From Chrysotila carterae (taxonomy: Eukaryota), in contig BAAGDD010007416.1 in NCBI GenBank assembly GCA_054660715.1, positions 129,001 through 161,000 of the forward strand: DNA of 32,000 bases, in the 5' to 3' direction. How positions within the stretch are numbered: the first letter of the stretch is position 1; every line of letters begins with the position of its first letter. Below, in pieces: positions 10,336 to 19,286 of the stretch. A model generated the notes under the pieces. That model searched no databases, was not told where the DNA came from, and saw only the letters and a list, made by a program, of their open reading frames with translations. The position numbers were made by a program, and so were the translations under genes.

Positions 10336-11269
10336 CGAGGAGCAAGTGTGTACAGTGAGCTATCGGCGTCGTAGGTTTGAATGGAGTGCACCTGTGCAGC
10401 TGCTGCTGCCTGCCGATACGACGCTTTCGACCGACCCCGAGGTGCAGGAGTTCCGTCTGACTGCAACGGACTGGCTGCGTGCGCTCGTTGCCGATCACGT
10501 GTTTCAGGGCCAGGTGGTCGTACCTGCGGCAGCATACATGGAGATGGCGCGTGGTACGTGCCACGGAGATGACGGCACGAGCAGTGCAAGGGCCGCAATA
10601 CGCGCCCGGCTTGAGCACGTCCACTTTCTGCAGCCGCTCGTGTTGCGTCAAGATGCAACCGTAGCGATTGAATGCAGGCTAAAGATGTCCAGTTCGCGCT
10701 TTGAGGTGCAGAGCTACGAGCTACAGTCCGATGCTGCGGTTGAGCCCGTCCTGCACTTTGCATCGAGCTGCTTGCAACGCGGAGCCGACGAGTGTGGCCG
10801 TTTGCCGCCATCACTTTGCGCACTCATTGCCTGCTCGTCCGAGCTGGCCGATCCCTCCTTGCTCTACGCTGCTTTTCGGCGCGCCAAGCTTGAGTATGGC
10901 CCCGCGTACCGCACGCTTGCGACGGTATGGACCTCAGCTGGCGGAGCGGTTGCTTTTGCGCTTGGTCGACTTGCCAAGCGGCGCGGGTCGAGCGAGATGC
11001 AGCGGCAGCTTGCCAACGTGGACGGCACGCTTCAGCTGCCAATGGTGCTGACGAGCAGGCAGTCGACTTCGGCTGGCACGTGGTTGCCGTTTGCGATCGA
11101 CCAGGCGGAGGTCTCGACCGCTACTCGGCCGCAGCTATGGCCGGTGCGCTTGCCCTCGCTTTCGCCACGGCCTTGTGTTGCCGCACGATTTGCTGAGGAG
11201 AGCCAAGGGTGTGCCGTTTCCTTGTGCCTGATACGGAGTGCTCGGTGCGAGAGACACAAAGAGTCTTGA
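6302..11269 (+). CDS. Large PKS exon, module 2: KR structural subdomain-ER-KR-ACP-KS-DH, AT-less
   Basis: 1655-aa ORF nearly identical to 1139-6103, with all the same catalytic motifs. It lacks 3 nt relative to copy 1 (PFTPPQAP versus PFTPQAP), an in-frame indel. Confidence 0.93.
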   Translation: MCLADPQVATADGPHSFKLWLVQEFNDTQEYVVMLNGFRSRPARPAAEATLRHVYVVNWEELDVLSAPETSFQMVLIDYGPRRHGGFESTVLAPFTPQAPRALVIALGAHGDSGDGALPAVAALLNLARAVQAAGSAPLTLHLVTDGALSARPCHAGGWGVMRSLRQEVPLSLPGMCADVDGLCALRGSQRVSQLGVLLAAASVGRTEPELLIRRSSVRGARLAPARASLAGPIKAFMSGRGTLDHLHVDAHQLATNVPPDGEYAVVRVRAVGLNFRDVLNVLGAYPGDPGEPGADFAGVEGDEGSAVFGIAQAALASVAYARRWLLAPKDTTVPFEGACTLPTTWCTAHAALAGARAAAAQRALLHAGAGGVGLASISYALWAHMEVCASAGKPCKHWWVRMAGVKVSFSSRDGGVFTFGAATSGCGHRLRLMLNSLSHDLMVASYALLAEGGCFVEIGKRGVWSPMQLTAAQPCTIFSLLALDEMMEHEPDWVRQSLRLLSSRMASRTVRALPLLSYCMETELVAAFRCLQSGRNVGKVVVRVPWLRASPSNMCGGAQLLSGGTGSLGLLAARWLVQHGSGWVVLASRKVACEPLELGDPSAEVFVACADMRQHADVRRLIASMCCEPAQPLRGVWHAAGVLADGLLTQQSAQSVRRVYAPKAHGAWHVHEACSGSPLSACVLFSSVAALLGGAGQANYSAASCCLDALASHRHACGEAAVSVQWGPWAEVGMASGSAVRTRLQAAGISLITSAQGVRVFALALQPIAPSVFAVLPVRWSRFLSGSAVSGGFFRAFASHRAARLPGVQDASVGASTISNEAVLELVRRVAGTEVDVDAPLLEAGLDSLGAVELRNQLAALIGGSGGFLPSTLVFDHPTARQLSAYLSGSGLSGVRASDVGASIGDGVSHRRWRISGLSAMLPSGPCSVASAWELMSSGADAVTEVPVERWLLDDGSETALDALVAKRVRYGGFVCGAELFDGEHFGVSPAEASAMDPQQRLLLEQGYNALYGASFDRASLLGSLVGVFVGIGASDYAQLLQSAGGASSVYAATGSAHSIASGRLSYVLGLHGPCVSYDTSCSAALVAAHAGLRALQLGECSTGLVAAVNLMLVSSVSWSFAIAGMTSALGRSHTFDARADGYARAEAAGAAALGEDASSDDASESRLVFCGSSVRQDGRSASLTAPNGQAQRSLLAASMADASVSRDELGCAEAHGTGTALGDPIEARSLALAVLVSRASSYAVALCGVKSTCGHAEPAAGLVGLLQLSLVLRRHVAAPNAQLRVLNPHVADALPQQTCVMLAVQPCSSSSVGPPLIGGVSSFGYNGTIAHAMLRCEARSPDNEEQVCTVSYRRRRFEWSAPVQLLLPADTTLSTDPEVQEFRLTATDWLRALVADHVFQGQVVVPAAAYMEMARGTCHGDDGTSSARAAIRARLEHVHFLQPLVLRQDATVAIECRLKMSSSRFEVQSYELQSDAAVEPVLHFASSCLQRGADECGRLPPSLCALIACSSELADPSLLYAAFRRAKLEYGPAYRTLATVWTSAGGAVAFALGRLAKRRGSSEMQRQLANVDGTLQLPMVLTSRQSTSAGTWLPFAIDQAEVSTATRPQLWPVRLPSLSPRPCVAARFAEESQGCAVSLCLIRSARCERHKES

Positions 11270-14200
11270 CGCAACAGAGCATTTAGGCACAGCTCAGTAG
11301 ATTTTCACAACACAGGAGGCATTGCGTGTTTGTGAGTCGCGGTGAGTCTGTGCGTACGTTTTTCTGTGTGTAAGTTTAGTTTCTGAGCTCATTGTGCTGG
11401 TGTGCGCAGTGTGTCGAGTGTATTTCTTTGCTTGCAGCCTCGACATGCTAGTGTGTCAACGAATGCGTGTGCTTGGCGGGTCCGCAGGTTGCGACAGCAG
11501 ACGGACCGCAGTCATTCAAGCTTGGGCTGGTTCAGGAGTTCAACGACACACAGGAGTACGTGGTGATGCTCAACGGTTTCAGGAGCCGGCCGGCTAGACC
11601 GGCGGCCGAGGCGACGTTGCGTCATGTGTACGTCGTCAATTGGGAAGAGCTTGATGTGCCTTCCGCTCCGGAGACGTCCTTCCAAATGGTGTTGATCGAC
11701 TACGGCCCGAGGCGTCACGGCGGGTTCGAGAGCACTGTCCTGGCACCATTCACACCGCAAGCGCCACGAGCACTCGTCATAGCTCTCGGCGCACACGGCG
11801 ACTCTGGAAACGGCGCGCTTCCTGCTGTTGCTGCGCTGCTCAATCTGGCACGCGCTGTTCAGGCAGCAGAAAGTGCGCCGCTCACTTTGCACCTCGTGAC
11901 CGACGGAGCGCTTTCGGCAAGACCTTGCCATGCTGGTGGATGGGGAGTGATGCGCTCTCTCCGGCAAGAGGTGCCGCTCTCTTTGCCCGGCATGTGCGCA
12001 GATGTAGATGGCTTGTGCGCGCTGCGTGGCAGCCAGCGCGTTTCTCAGCTTGGTGTGTTGTTGGCAGCCGCGTCTGTCGGCCGAACAGAGCCAGAGCTGC
12101 TGATTCGTCGCAGCAGTATTCGCGGCGCGCGTCTCGCGCCCGCTCGCGCTTCACTTGCAGGCCCAATCAAAGCCTTCATGAGCGGCCGAGGCACGCTAGA
12201 TCACTTGCACGTTGATGCACATCAGTTGGCCACGAGCGTGCCGCCCGATGGCGAGTATGCAGTCGTACGCGTGCGCGCTGTCGGTCTCAACTTCCGCGAT
12301 GTGTTGAATGTGCTCGGCGCGTATCCGGGTGATCCTGGCGAGCCTGGGGCCGACTTTGCCGGCGTGGAAGGAGACGAGGGAAGCGCCGTCTTTGGTATCG
12401 CACAGGCAGCGCTCGCGTCGGTTGCATACGCTCGACGTTGGTTACTTGCGCCAAAGGATACCACTGTGCCGTTTGAAGGCGCGTGCACACTGCCAACGAC
12501 CTGGTGTACGGCGCACGCTGCGTTGGCGGGTGCGCGCGCCGCAGCTGCGCAGCGGGCGCTGTTGCATGCGGGAGCAGGCGGCGTCGGACTCGCCTCGATC
12601 TCCTACGCGTTGTGGGCGCACATGGAGGTCCGTGCGAGTGCGGGCAAACCGTGCAAGCACTGGTGGGTTCGGATGGCAGGCGTCAAGGTGAGCTTCAGCT
12701 CGCGTGACGGCGGCGTTTTCACGTTTGGCGCCGCGACGAGTGGGTGTGGCCACCGGCTGCGGTTGGTGCTCAACAGCTTATCTCACGACTTGATGGTGGC
12801 TTCCCATGCTTTGCTGGCGGAAGGCGGCTGCTTCGTCGAGATTGGCAAGCGCGGCGTGTGGAGTCCGATGCAGCTGACGGCGGCGCAGCCGTGTACTATG
12901 TTCTCGTTGCTTGCGCTCGACGAGATGATGGAGCACGAGCCGGACTGGATGCGCCAATCGCTGCGTTTGCTCTCATCTCGCATGGCATCGCGCACTGTCC
13001 GTGCGCTGCCGTTGCTGAGCTGTTGCATGGAGACCGAGCTCGTTGCGGCGTTTCGCTGCTTGCAGAGCGGTCGCAACGTGGGTAAGGTAGTCGTGCGTGT
13101 GCCGTGGCTGCGCGCGTCACCAAGCAACATGTGTGGTGGGGCACAGCTGCTTTCCGGCGGCACTGGCTCGCTTGGCTTGCTTGCGGCTCGCTGGCTTGTG
13201 CAGCACGGCTCGGGTCGGGTGGTTTTGGCGTCGCGCAAGGTGGCGCGCGAGCCGTTGGAGTTGGGCGATCCTAGCGCCGAGGTATTCGTCGCCTGTGCAG
13301 ATATGAGGCAGCACGCTGATGTTCGCCGGTTGATTGCGAGCATGTGCTGTGAGCCGGCGCAGCCGCTGCGAGGCGTGTGGCATGCGGCTGGTGTGCTTGC
13401 AGACGGGCTTCTTACGCAGCAGAGTGCACAGAGCGTGCGCCGTGTATACGCGCCCAAGGCACACGGCGCGTGGCACGTGCACGAAGCGTGCAGTGGCAGC
13501 CCGCTCTCGGCGTGCGTGCTCTTCTCGTCGGTGGCGGCGCTGTTGGGTGGCGCAGGGCAGGCAAACTACAGCGCGGCGAGCTGCTGTCTGGACGCTCTCG
13601 CGTCGCATCGGCACGCGTGCGGCGCGGCGGCGGTGAGCGTGCAGTGGGGTCCGTGGGCGGAGGTTGGCATGGCGTCTGGCAGCGCTGTCCGTAATCGCCT
13701 GCAAGCTGCGGGCATCAGTCTGATCACGAGTGCGCAGGGAGTACGCGTGTTTGCGCTCGCGCTTCAGCCAATCGCGCCGTCTGTGTTTGCGGTCTTGCCG
13801 GTGCGTTGGAGTCGTTTCTTGTCTGGTTCGGCTGTTTCGGGTGGCTTCTTCCGCGCGTTTGCGTCTCACAGGGCTGCGAGGCTACCGGGCGTGCAAGACG
13901 CATTTGTTGGAGCGAGTGCGATCAGCAGTGAGGCCGTGCTCGAGCTTGTTCGCCGAGTTGCTGGCACAGAGGTCGACGTGGATGCGCCACTGCTTGAAGC
14001 TGGTCTCGACTCGCTCGGTGCTGTCGAGCTGCGCAACCAGCTTGCGGCGCTCATCGGTGGCAGCGGCGGTTCTTTGCCAAGCACGCTGGTGTTTGACCAT
14101 CCGACAGCGCGTCAGCTTTCAGCATACCTTTCGGGCAGTGGCTCATCTGGCGTGCGTGCTTCGGACGTTGGCGCGTCGATTGGCGATGGTGTTTCGCATC

Positions 14201-15500
14201 GCCGTTGGCGCATTTCGGGTCTAAGTGCAATGCTTCCGTCTGGGCCATGCAGCGTCGCTTCAGCATGGGAGCTGATGTCGAGCGGCGCTGACGCCGTGAC
14301 GGAAGTGCCGGTTGAGCGCTGGCTGCTTGACGATGGGAGCGAGACGGCTTTGGATGCGCTCGTTGCGAAGCGAGTCCGGTACGGCGGGTTTGTGTGTGGG
14401 GCTGAGCTGTTCGACGGCGAGCATTTCGGCGTCTCGCCGGCGGAGGCGAGCGCGATGGACCCTCAGCAACGGCTGCTGCTCGAGCAGGGTTACAACGCGC
14501 TGTACGGCGCTTCATTCGACCGTGCGTCGCTGCTGGCTAGTCTGGTGGGCGTGTTTGTGGGCATTGGCGCGAGCGACTACGCGCAGCTGCTGCAACGCGC
14601 AGGCGGGGCGAGCTCTGTGTACGCTGCGACGGGCAGCGCGCACTCGATTGCGTCTGGTCGTCTGTCGTACGTGCTCGGTCTGCACGGTCCGTGCGTGTCG
14701 TACGACACTTCGTGCTCGGCAGCGCTCGTGGCGGCGCACGCCGGTTTGCGAGCGTTGCAGCTGGGCGAGTGCAGCACGGGCCTGGTTGCGGCGGTGAATT
14801 TGATGCTTGTTTCAAGCGTCAGCTGGAGCTTCGCCATCGCTGGGATGACATCTGCGCTCGGGCGTAGCCACACGTTCGACGCGCGCGCTGACGGCTACGC
14901 TCGCGCTGAGGCTGCCGGGGCTGTTGCACTTGGTGAAAATGCCAGTTCTGATGATGCTTCAGAGTCGAGACTTGTCTTCTGCGGTAGCAGCGTTCGGCAG
15001 GACGGGCGGAGCGCGAGCCTCACCGCACCAAACGGCCAGGCACAACGCTCGCTGCTTGCGGCTTCAATAGCAGATGCCTCTGTCTCGCGAGACGAACTTG
15101 GTTGTGCCGAAGCACACGGCACGGGCACGGCACTGGGCGACCCGATTGAGGCGCGTTCGCTCGCGCTTGCGGTGCTCGTGTCACGCGCTTCGTCGTATGC
15201 CGTTGCTCTCTGCGGGGTCAAGTCGACATGCGGGCATGCAGAGCCTGCTGCGGGCTTGGTCGGCTTGCTGCAGCTCTCGTTGGTGCTCCGGCGGCATGTG
15301 GCAGCACCGAACGCACAGCTGCGCGTGCTCAACCCGCATGTAGCTGATGCGCTACCGCAGCAGACGTGCGCGATGCTCGCGGTGCAGCCGTGCTCTTCGT
15401 CGTCCGTCGGTCCGCCGCTCATTGGTGGAGTCAGCTCGTTTGGGTACAACGGCACGATTGCGCACGCGATGCTGCGCTGTGAGGCTCGTTCGCCAGACAA
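10336..15500 (+). repeat. PKS module tandem repeat, copy c (5165 nt)
   Basis: Direct alignment; 1-nt shorter T-run in the intron-like segment. Confidence 0.95.
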
Positions 15501-16434
15501 CGAGGAGCAAGTGTGTACAGTGAGCTATCGGCGTCGTAGGTTTGGGTGGAGTGCACCTGTGCAGCTGCTGCTGCCTGCCGATACGACGCTTTCGACCGAC
15601 CCCGAGGTGCAGGAGTTCCGTCTGACTACAACGGACTGGCTGCGTGCGCTCGTTGCCGATCACCTGTTTCAGGGCCAGGTGGTCGTACCTGCGGCAGCAT
15701 ACATGGAGATGGCGCGTGGTGCGTGCCACGAAGATGACGGCACGAGCAGTGCAAGGGCCGCAATACGCGCACGGCTTGAGCACGTCCACTTTCTGCAGCC
15801 GCTCGTGTTGCGTCAAGATGCGACCGTAGCGATTGAATGCAGGCTAAAGATGTCCAGTTCGCGCTTTGAGGTGCAGAGCTACGAACTACAGTCCGATGCT
15901 GCGGTTGAGCCCGTCCTGCACTTTGCATCGAGCCGCTTGCAACGAGGAGCCGACGAGTGTGGCCGTTTGCCGCCATCACTTTGCGCACTCATTGCCTGCT
16001 CGTCCAAGCTGGCCGATCCCTCCTTGCTCTACGCTGCTTTTCGGCGCGCCAAGCTTGAGTATGGCCCCGCGTACCGCACGCTTGCGACGGTATGGACCTC
16101 TGCTGGCGGAGCGGTTGCTTTTGCGCTTGGTCGACTTGCTAAGCGGCGCGGGTCGAGCGAGATGCAGCGGCAGCTTGCCAACGTGGACGGCACGCTTCAG
16201 CTGCCAATGGTGCTGACGAGCAGGCAGTCGACTTCGGCTGGCACGTGGTTGCCGTTTGCGATCGACCAGGCGGAGGTCTCGACCGCTACTCGGCCGCAGC
16301 TATGGCCGGTGCGCTTGCCCTCGCTTTCGCCACGGCCTTGTGTTGCCGCACGATTTGCTGAGGAGAGCCAAGGGTGTGCCGTTTCCTTGTGCCTGACACG
16401 GAGTGCTCGGTGCGAGAGACACAAAGAGTCTTGA
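11467..16434 (+). CDS. Large PKS exon, module 3: KR structural subdomain-ER-KR-ACP-KS-DH, AT-less
   Basis: 1655-aa ORF nearly identical to modules 1 and 2, same motifs. Confidence 0.93.
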   Translation: MCLAGPQVATADGPQSFKLGLVQEFNDTQEYVVMLNGFRSRPARPAAEATLRHVYVVNWEELDVPSAPETSFQMVLIDYGPRRHGGFESTVLAPFTPQAPRALVIALGAHGDSGNGALPAVAALLNLARAVQAAESAPLTLHLVTDGALSARPCHAGGWGVMRSLRQEVPLSLPGMCADVDGLCALRGSQRVSQLGVLLAAASVGRTEPELLIRRSSIRGARLAPARASLAGPIKAFMSGRGTLDHLHVDAHQLATSVPPDGEYAVVRVRAVGLNFRDVLNVLGAYPGDPGEPGADFAGVEGDEGSAVFGIAQAALASVAYARRWLLAPKDTTVPFEGACTLPTTWCTAHAALAGARAAAAQRALLHAGAGGVGLASISYALWAHMEVRASAGKPCKHWWVRMAGVKVSFSSRDGGVFTFGAATSGCGHRLRLVLNSLSHDLMVASHALLAEGGCFVEIGKRGVWSPMQLTAAQPCTMFSLLALDEMMEHEPDWMRQSLRLLSSRMASRTVRALPLLSCCMETELVAAFRCLQSGRNVGKVVVRVPWLRASPSNMCGGAQLLSGGTGSLGLLAARWLVQHGSGRVVLASRKVAREPLELGDPSAEVFVACADMRQHADVRRLIASMCCEPAQPLRGVWHAAGVLADGLLTQQSAQSVRRVYAPKAHGAWHVHEACSGSPLSACVLFSSVAALLGGAGQANYSAASCCLDALASHRHACGAAAVSVQWGPWAEVGMASGSAVRNRLQAAGISLITSAQGVRVFALALQPIAPSVFAVLPVRWSRFLSGSAVSGGFFRAFASHRAARLPGVQDAFVGASAISSEAVLELVRRVAGTEVDVDAPLLEAGLDSLGAVELRNQLAALIGGSGGSLPSTLVFDHPTARQLSAYLSGSGSSGVRASDVGASIGDGVSHRRWRISGLSAMLPSGPCSVASAWELMSSGADAVTEVPVERWLLDDGSETALDALVAKRVRYGGFVCGAELFDGEHFGVSPAEASAMDPQQRLLLEQGYNALYGASFDRASLLASLVGVFVGIGASDYAQLLQRAGGASSVYAATGSAHSIASGRLSYVLGLHGPCVSYDTSCSAALVAAHAGLRALQLGECSTGLVAAVNLMLVSSVSWSFAIAGMTSALGRSHTFDARADGYARAEAAGAVALGENASSDDASESRLVFCGSSVRQDGRSASLTAPNGQAQRSLLAASIADASVSRDELGCAEAHGTGTALGDPIEARSLALAVLVSRASSYAVALCGVKSTCGHAEPAAGLVGLLQLSLVLRRHVAAPNAQLRVLNPHVADALPQQTCAMLAVQPCSSSSVGPPLIGGVSSFGYNGTIAHAMLRCEARSPDNEEQVCTVSYRRRRFGWSAPVQLLLPADTTLSTDPEVQEFRLTTTDWLRALVADHLFQGQVVVPAAAYMEMARGACHEDDGTSSARAAIRARLEHVHFLQPLVLRQDATVAIECRLKMSSSRFEVQSYELQSDAAVEPVLHFASSRLQRGADECGRLPPSLCALIACSSKLADPSLLYAAFRRAKLEYGPAYRTLATVWTSAGGAVAFALGRLAKRRGSSEMQRQLANVDGTLQLPMVLTSRQSTSAGTWLPFAIDQAEVSTATRPQLWPVRLPSLSPRPCVAARFAEESQGCAVSLCLTRSARCERHKES

Positions 16435-19286
16435 CGCAACAGAGCATTTAGGCACAGCTCAGTAGATTTTCACAACACAGGAGGCATTGCGTGTTTGTGA
16501 GTCGCGGTGAGTCTGTGCGTACGTTTTTCTGTGTGTAAGTTTAGTTTCTGAGCTCATTGTGCGGGTGTGCGCAGTGTGTCGAGTGTATTTTCTTTGCTTG
16601 CAGCCTCGACATGCTAGTGTGTCAACGAGTGCGTGTGCTTGGCGGGTCCGCAGGTTGCGACAGCAGACGGACCGCAGTCATTCAAGCTTGGGCTGGTTCA
16701 GGAGTTCAACGACACACAGGAGTACGTGGTGATGCTCAACGGTTTCAGGAGCCGACCGGCTAGACCGGCGGCCGCGGCGACGTTGCGGCATGTGTACGTC
16801 GTCAATTGGGAAGAGCTTAATGTGCCTCCCGCTCCGGAGACGTCCTTGCAAATGGTGTTGATCGACTACGGCCCGAGGCGTCACGGCGGGTTCGAGAGCA
16901 CTGTCCTGGCACCATTCACACCGCAAGCGCCACGAGCACTCGTCATAGCTCTCGGCGCACACGGCGACTCTGGAGACGGCGCGCTTCCTGCTGTTGCTGC
17001 GCTGCTCAATCTGGCACGCGCTGTTCAGGCAGCAGGAAGTGCGCCGCTCACTTTGCACTTCGTGACCGACGGAGCGCTTTCGGCAAGACCTTGCCATGCT
17101 GGTGGATGGGGAGTGATGCGCTCTCTCCGGCAAGAGGTGCCGCTCTCTTTGCCCGGCATGTGCGCAGATGTAGATGGCTTGTGCGCGCTGCGTGGCAGCC
17201 AGCGCGTTTCTCAGCTTGGTGTGTTGTTGGCAGCCGCGTCTGTCGGCCGAACAGAACCAGAGCTGCTGATTCGTCGCAGCAATGTTCGCGGCGCGCGTCT
17301 CGCGCCCGCTCGCGCTTCACTTGCAGGCCCAATCAAAGCCTTCATGAGCGGCCGAGGCACGCTAGATCACTTGCACGTTGATGCACATCAGTTGGCCACG
17401 AGCGTGCCGCCCGATGGCGAGTATGCAGTCGTACGCGTGCGCGCTGTCGGTCTCAACTTCCGCGATGTGTTGAATGTGCTCGGCGCGTATCCGGGTGATC
17501 CTGGCGAGCCTGGGGCCGACTTTGCCGGCGTGGAAGGAGACGAGGGAAGCGCCGTCTTTGGTATCGCACAGGCAGCGCTCGCGTCGGTTGCATACGCTCG
17601 ACGTTGGTTACTTGCGCCAAAGGATACCACTGTGCCGTTTGAAGGCGCGTGCACACTGCCAACGACCTGGTGTACGGCGCACGCTGCGTTGGCGGGTGCG
17701 CGCGCCGCAGCTGCGCAGCGGGCGCTGTTGCATGCGGGAGCAGGCGGCGTCGGACTCGCCTCGATCTCCTACGCGTTGTGGGCGCACATGGAGGTCCGTG
17801 CGAGTGCGGGCAAACCGTGCAAGCACTGGTGGGTTCGGATGGCAGGCGTCAAGGTGAGCTTCAGCTCGCGTGACGGCGGCGTTTTCACGTTTGGCGCCGC
17901 GACGAGTGGGTGTGGCCACCGGCTGCGGTTGATGCTCAACAGCTTATCTCACGACTTGATGGTGGCTTCCCATGCTTTGCTGGCGGAAGGCGGCTGCTTC
18001 GTCGAGATTGGCAAGCGCGGCGTGTGGAGTCCGATGCAGCTGACGGCGGCGCAGCCGTGTACTATGTTCTCGTTGCTTGCGCTCGACGAGATGATGGAGC
18101 ACGAGCCGGACTGGATGCGCCAATCGCTGCGTTTGCTCTCATCTCGCATGGCATCGCGCACTGTCCGTGCGCTGCCGTTGCTGAGCTGTTGCATGGAGAC
18201 CGAGCTCGTTGCGGCGTTTCGCTGCTTGCAGAGCGGTCGCAACGTGGGTAAGGTAGTCGTGCGTGTGCCGTGGCTGCGCGCGTCACCAAGCAGCATGTGT
18301 GGTGGGGCACAGCTGCTTTCCGGCGGCACTGGCTCGCTTGGCTTGCTTGCGGCTCGCTGGCTTGTGCAGCACGGCTCGGGTCGGGTGGTTTTGGCGTCGC
18401 GAAAGGTGGCGCGCGAGCCGTTGGAGTTGGGCGATCCTAGCGCCGAGGTATTCGTCGCCTGTGCAGATATGAGGCAGCACGCTGATGTTCGCCGGTTGAT
18501 TGCGAGCATGTGCTGTGAGCCGGCGCAGCCGCTGCGAGGCGTGTGGCATGCGGCTGGTGTGCTTGCAGACGGGCTTCTTACGCAGCAGAGTGCACAGAGC
18601 GTGCGCCGTGTATACGCGCCCAAGGCACACGGCGCGTGGCACGTGCACGAAGCGTGCAGTGGCAGCCCGCTCTCGGCGTGCGTGCTCTTCTCGTCGGTGG
18701 CGGCGCTGTTGGGTGGCGCAGGGCAGGCAAACTACAGCGCGGCGAGCTGCTGTCTGGACGCTCTCGCGTCGCATCGGCACGCGTGCGGCGCGGCGGCGGT
18801 GAGCGTGCAGTGGGGTCCGTGGGCGGAGGTTGGCATGGCGTCTGGCAGCGCTGTCCGTAATCGCCTGCAAGCTGCGGGCATCAGTCTGATCACGAGTGCG
18901 CAGGGTGTACGCGTGTTTGCGCTCGCGCTTCAGCCGATCGCGCCGTCTGTGTTTGCGGTCTTGCCGGTGCGTTGGAGTCGTTTCTTGTCTGATTCGGCTG
19001 TTTCGGGTGGCTTCTTCGGCGCGTTTGCATCTCATGCCGCTGCGAGGCTTCCGGGCGTGCAAGACGCATTTGTTGGAGCGAGTGCGATCAGCAGTGAGGC
19101 CGTGCTCGAGCTTGTTCGCCGAGTTGCTGGCACAGAGGTCGACGTGGATGCGCCACTGCTTGAAGCCGGTCTCGACTCGCTCGGTGCTGTCGAGCTGCGC
19201 AACCAGCTTGCGGCGCTCATCGGTGGCAGCGGCGGTTCTTTGCCAAGCACGCTGGTGTTTGACCATCCGACAGCGCGTCAGCTTTC
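15501..19286 (+). repeat. PKS module tandem repeat, copy d (truncated; high identity stops abruptly after CAGCTTTC)
   Basis: Matches 10336-14120, then diverges at 19287 (CAGCTTTCTGTC versus CAGCTTTCAGCA). Confidence 0.95.

Noticed and set aside
1-19286. Tandem copies as a pure assembly artefact
   Set aside because: Copies carry distinct scattered SNPs and small indels, the last copy has a unique junction, and coding frames are intact. The exact copy number still needs long-read confirmation.
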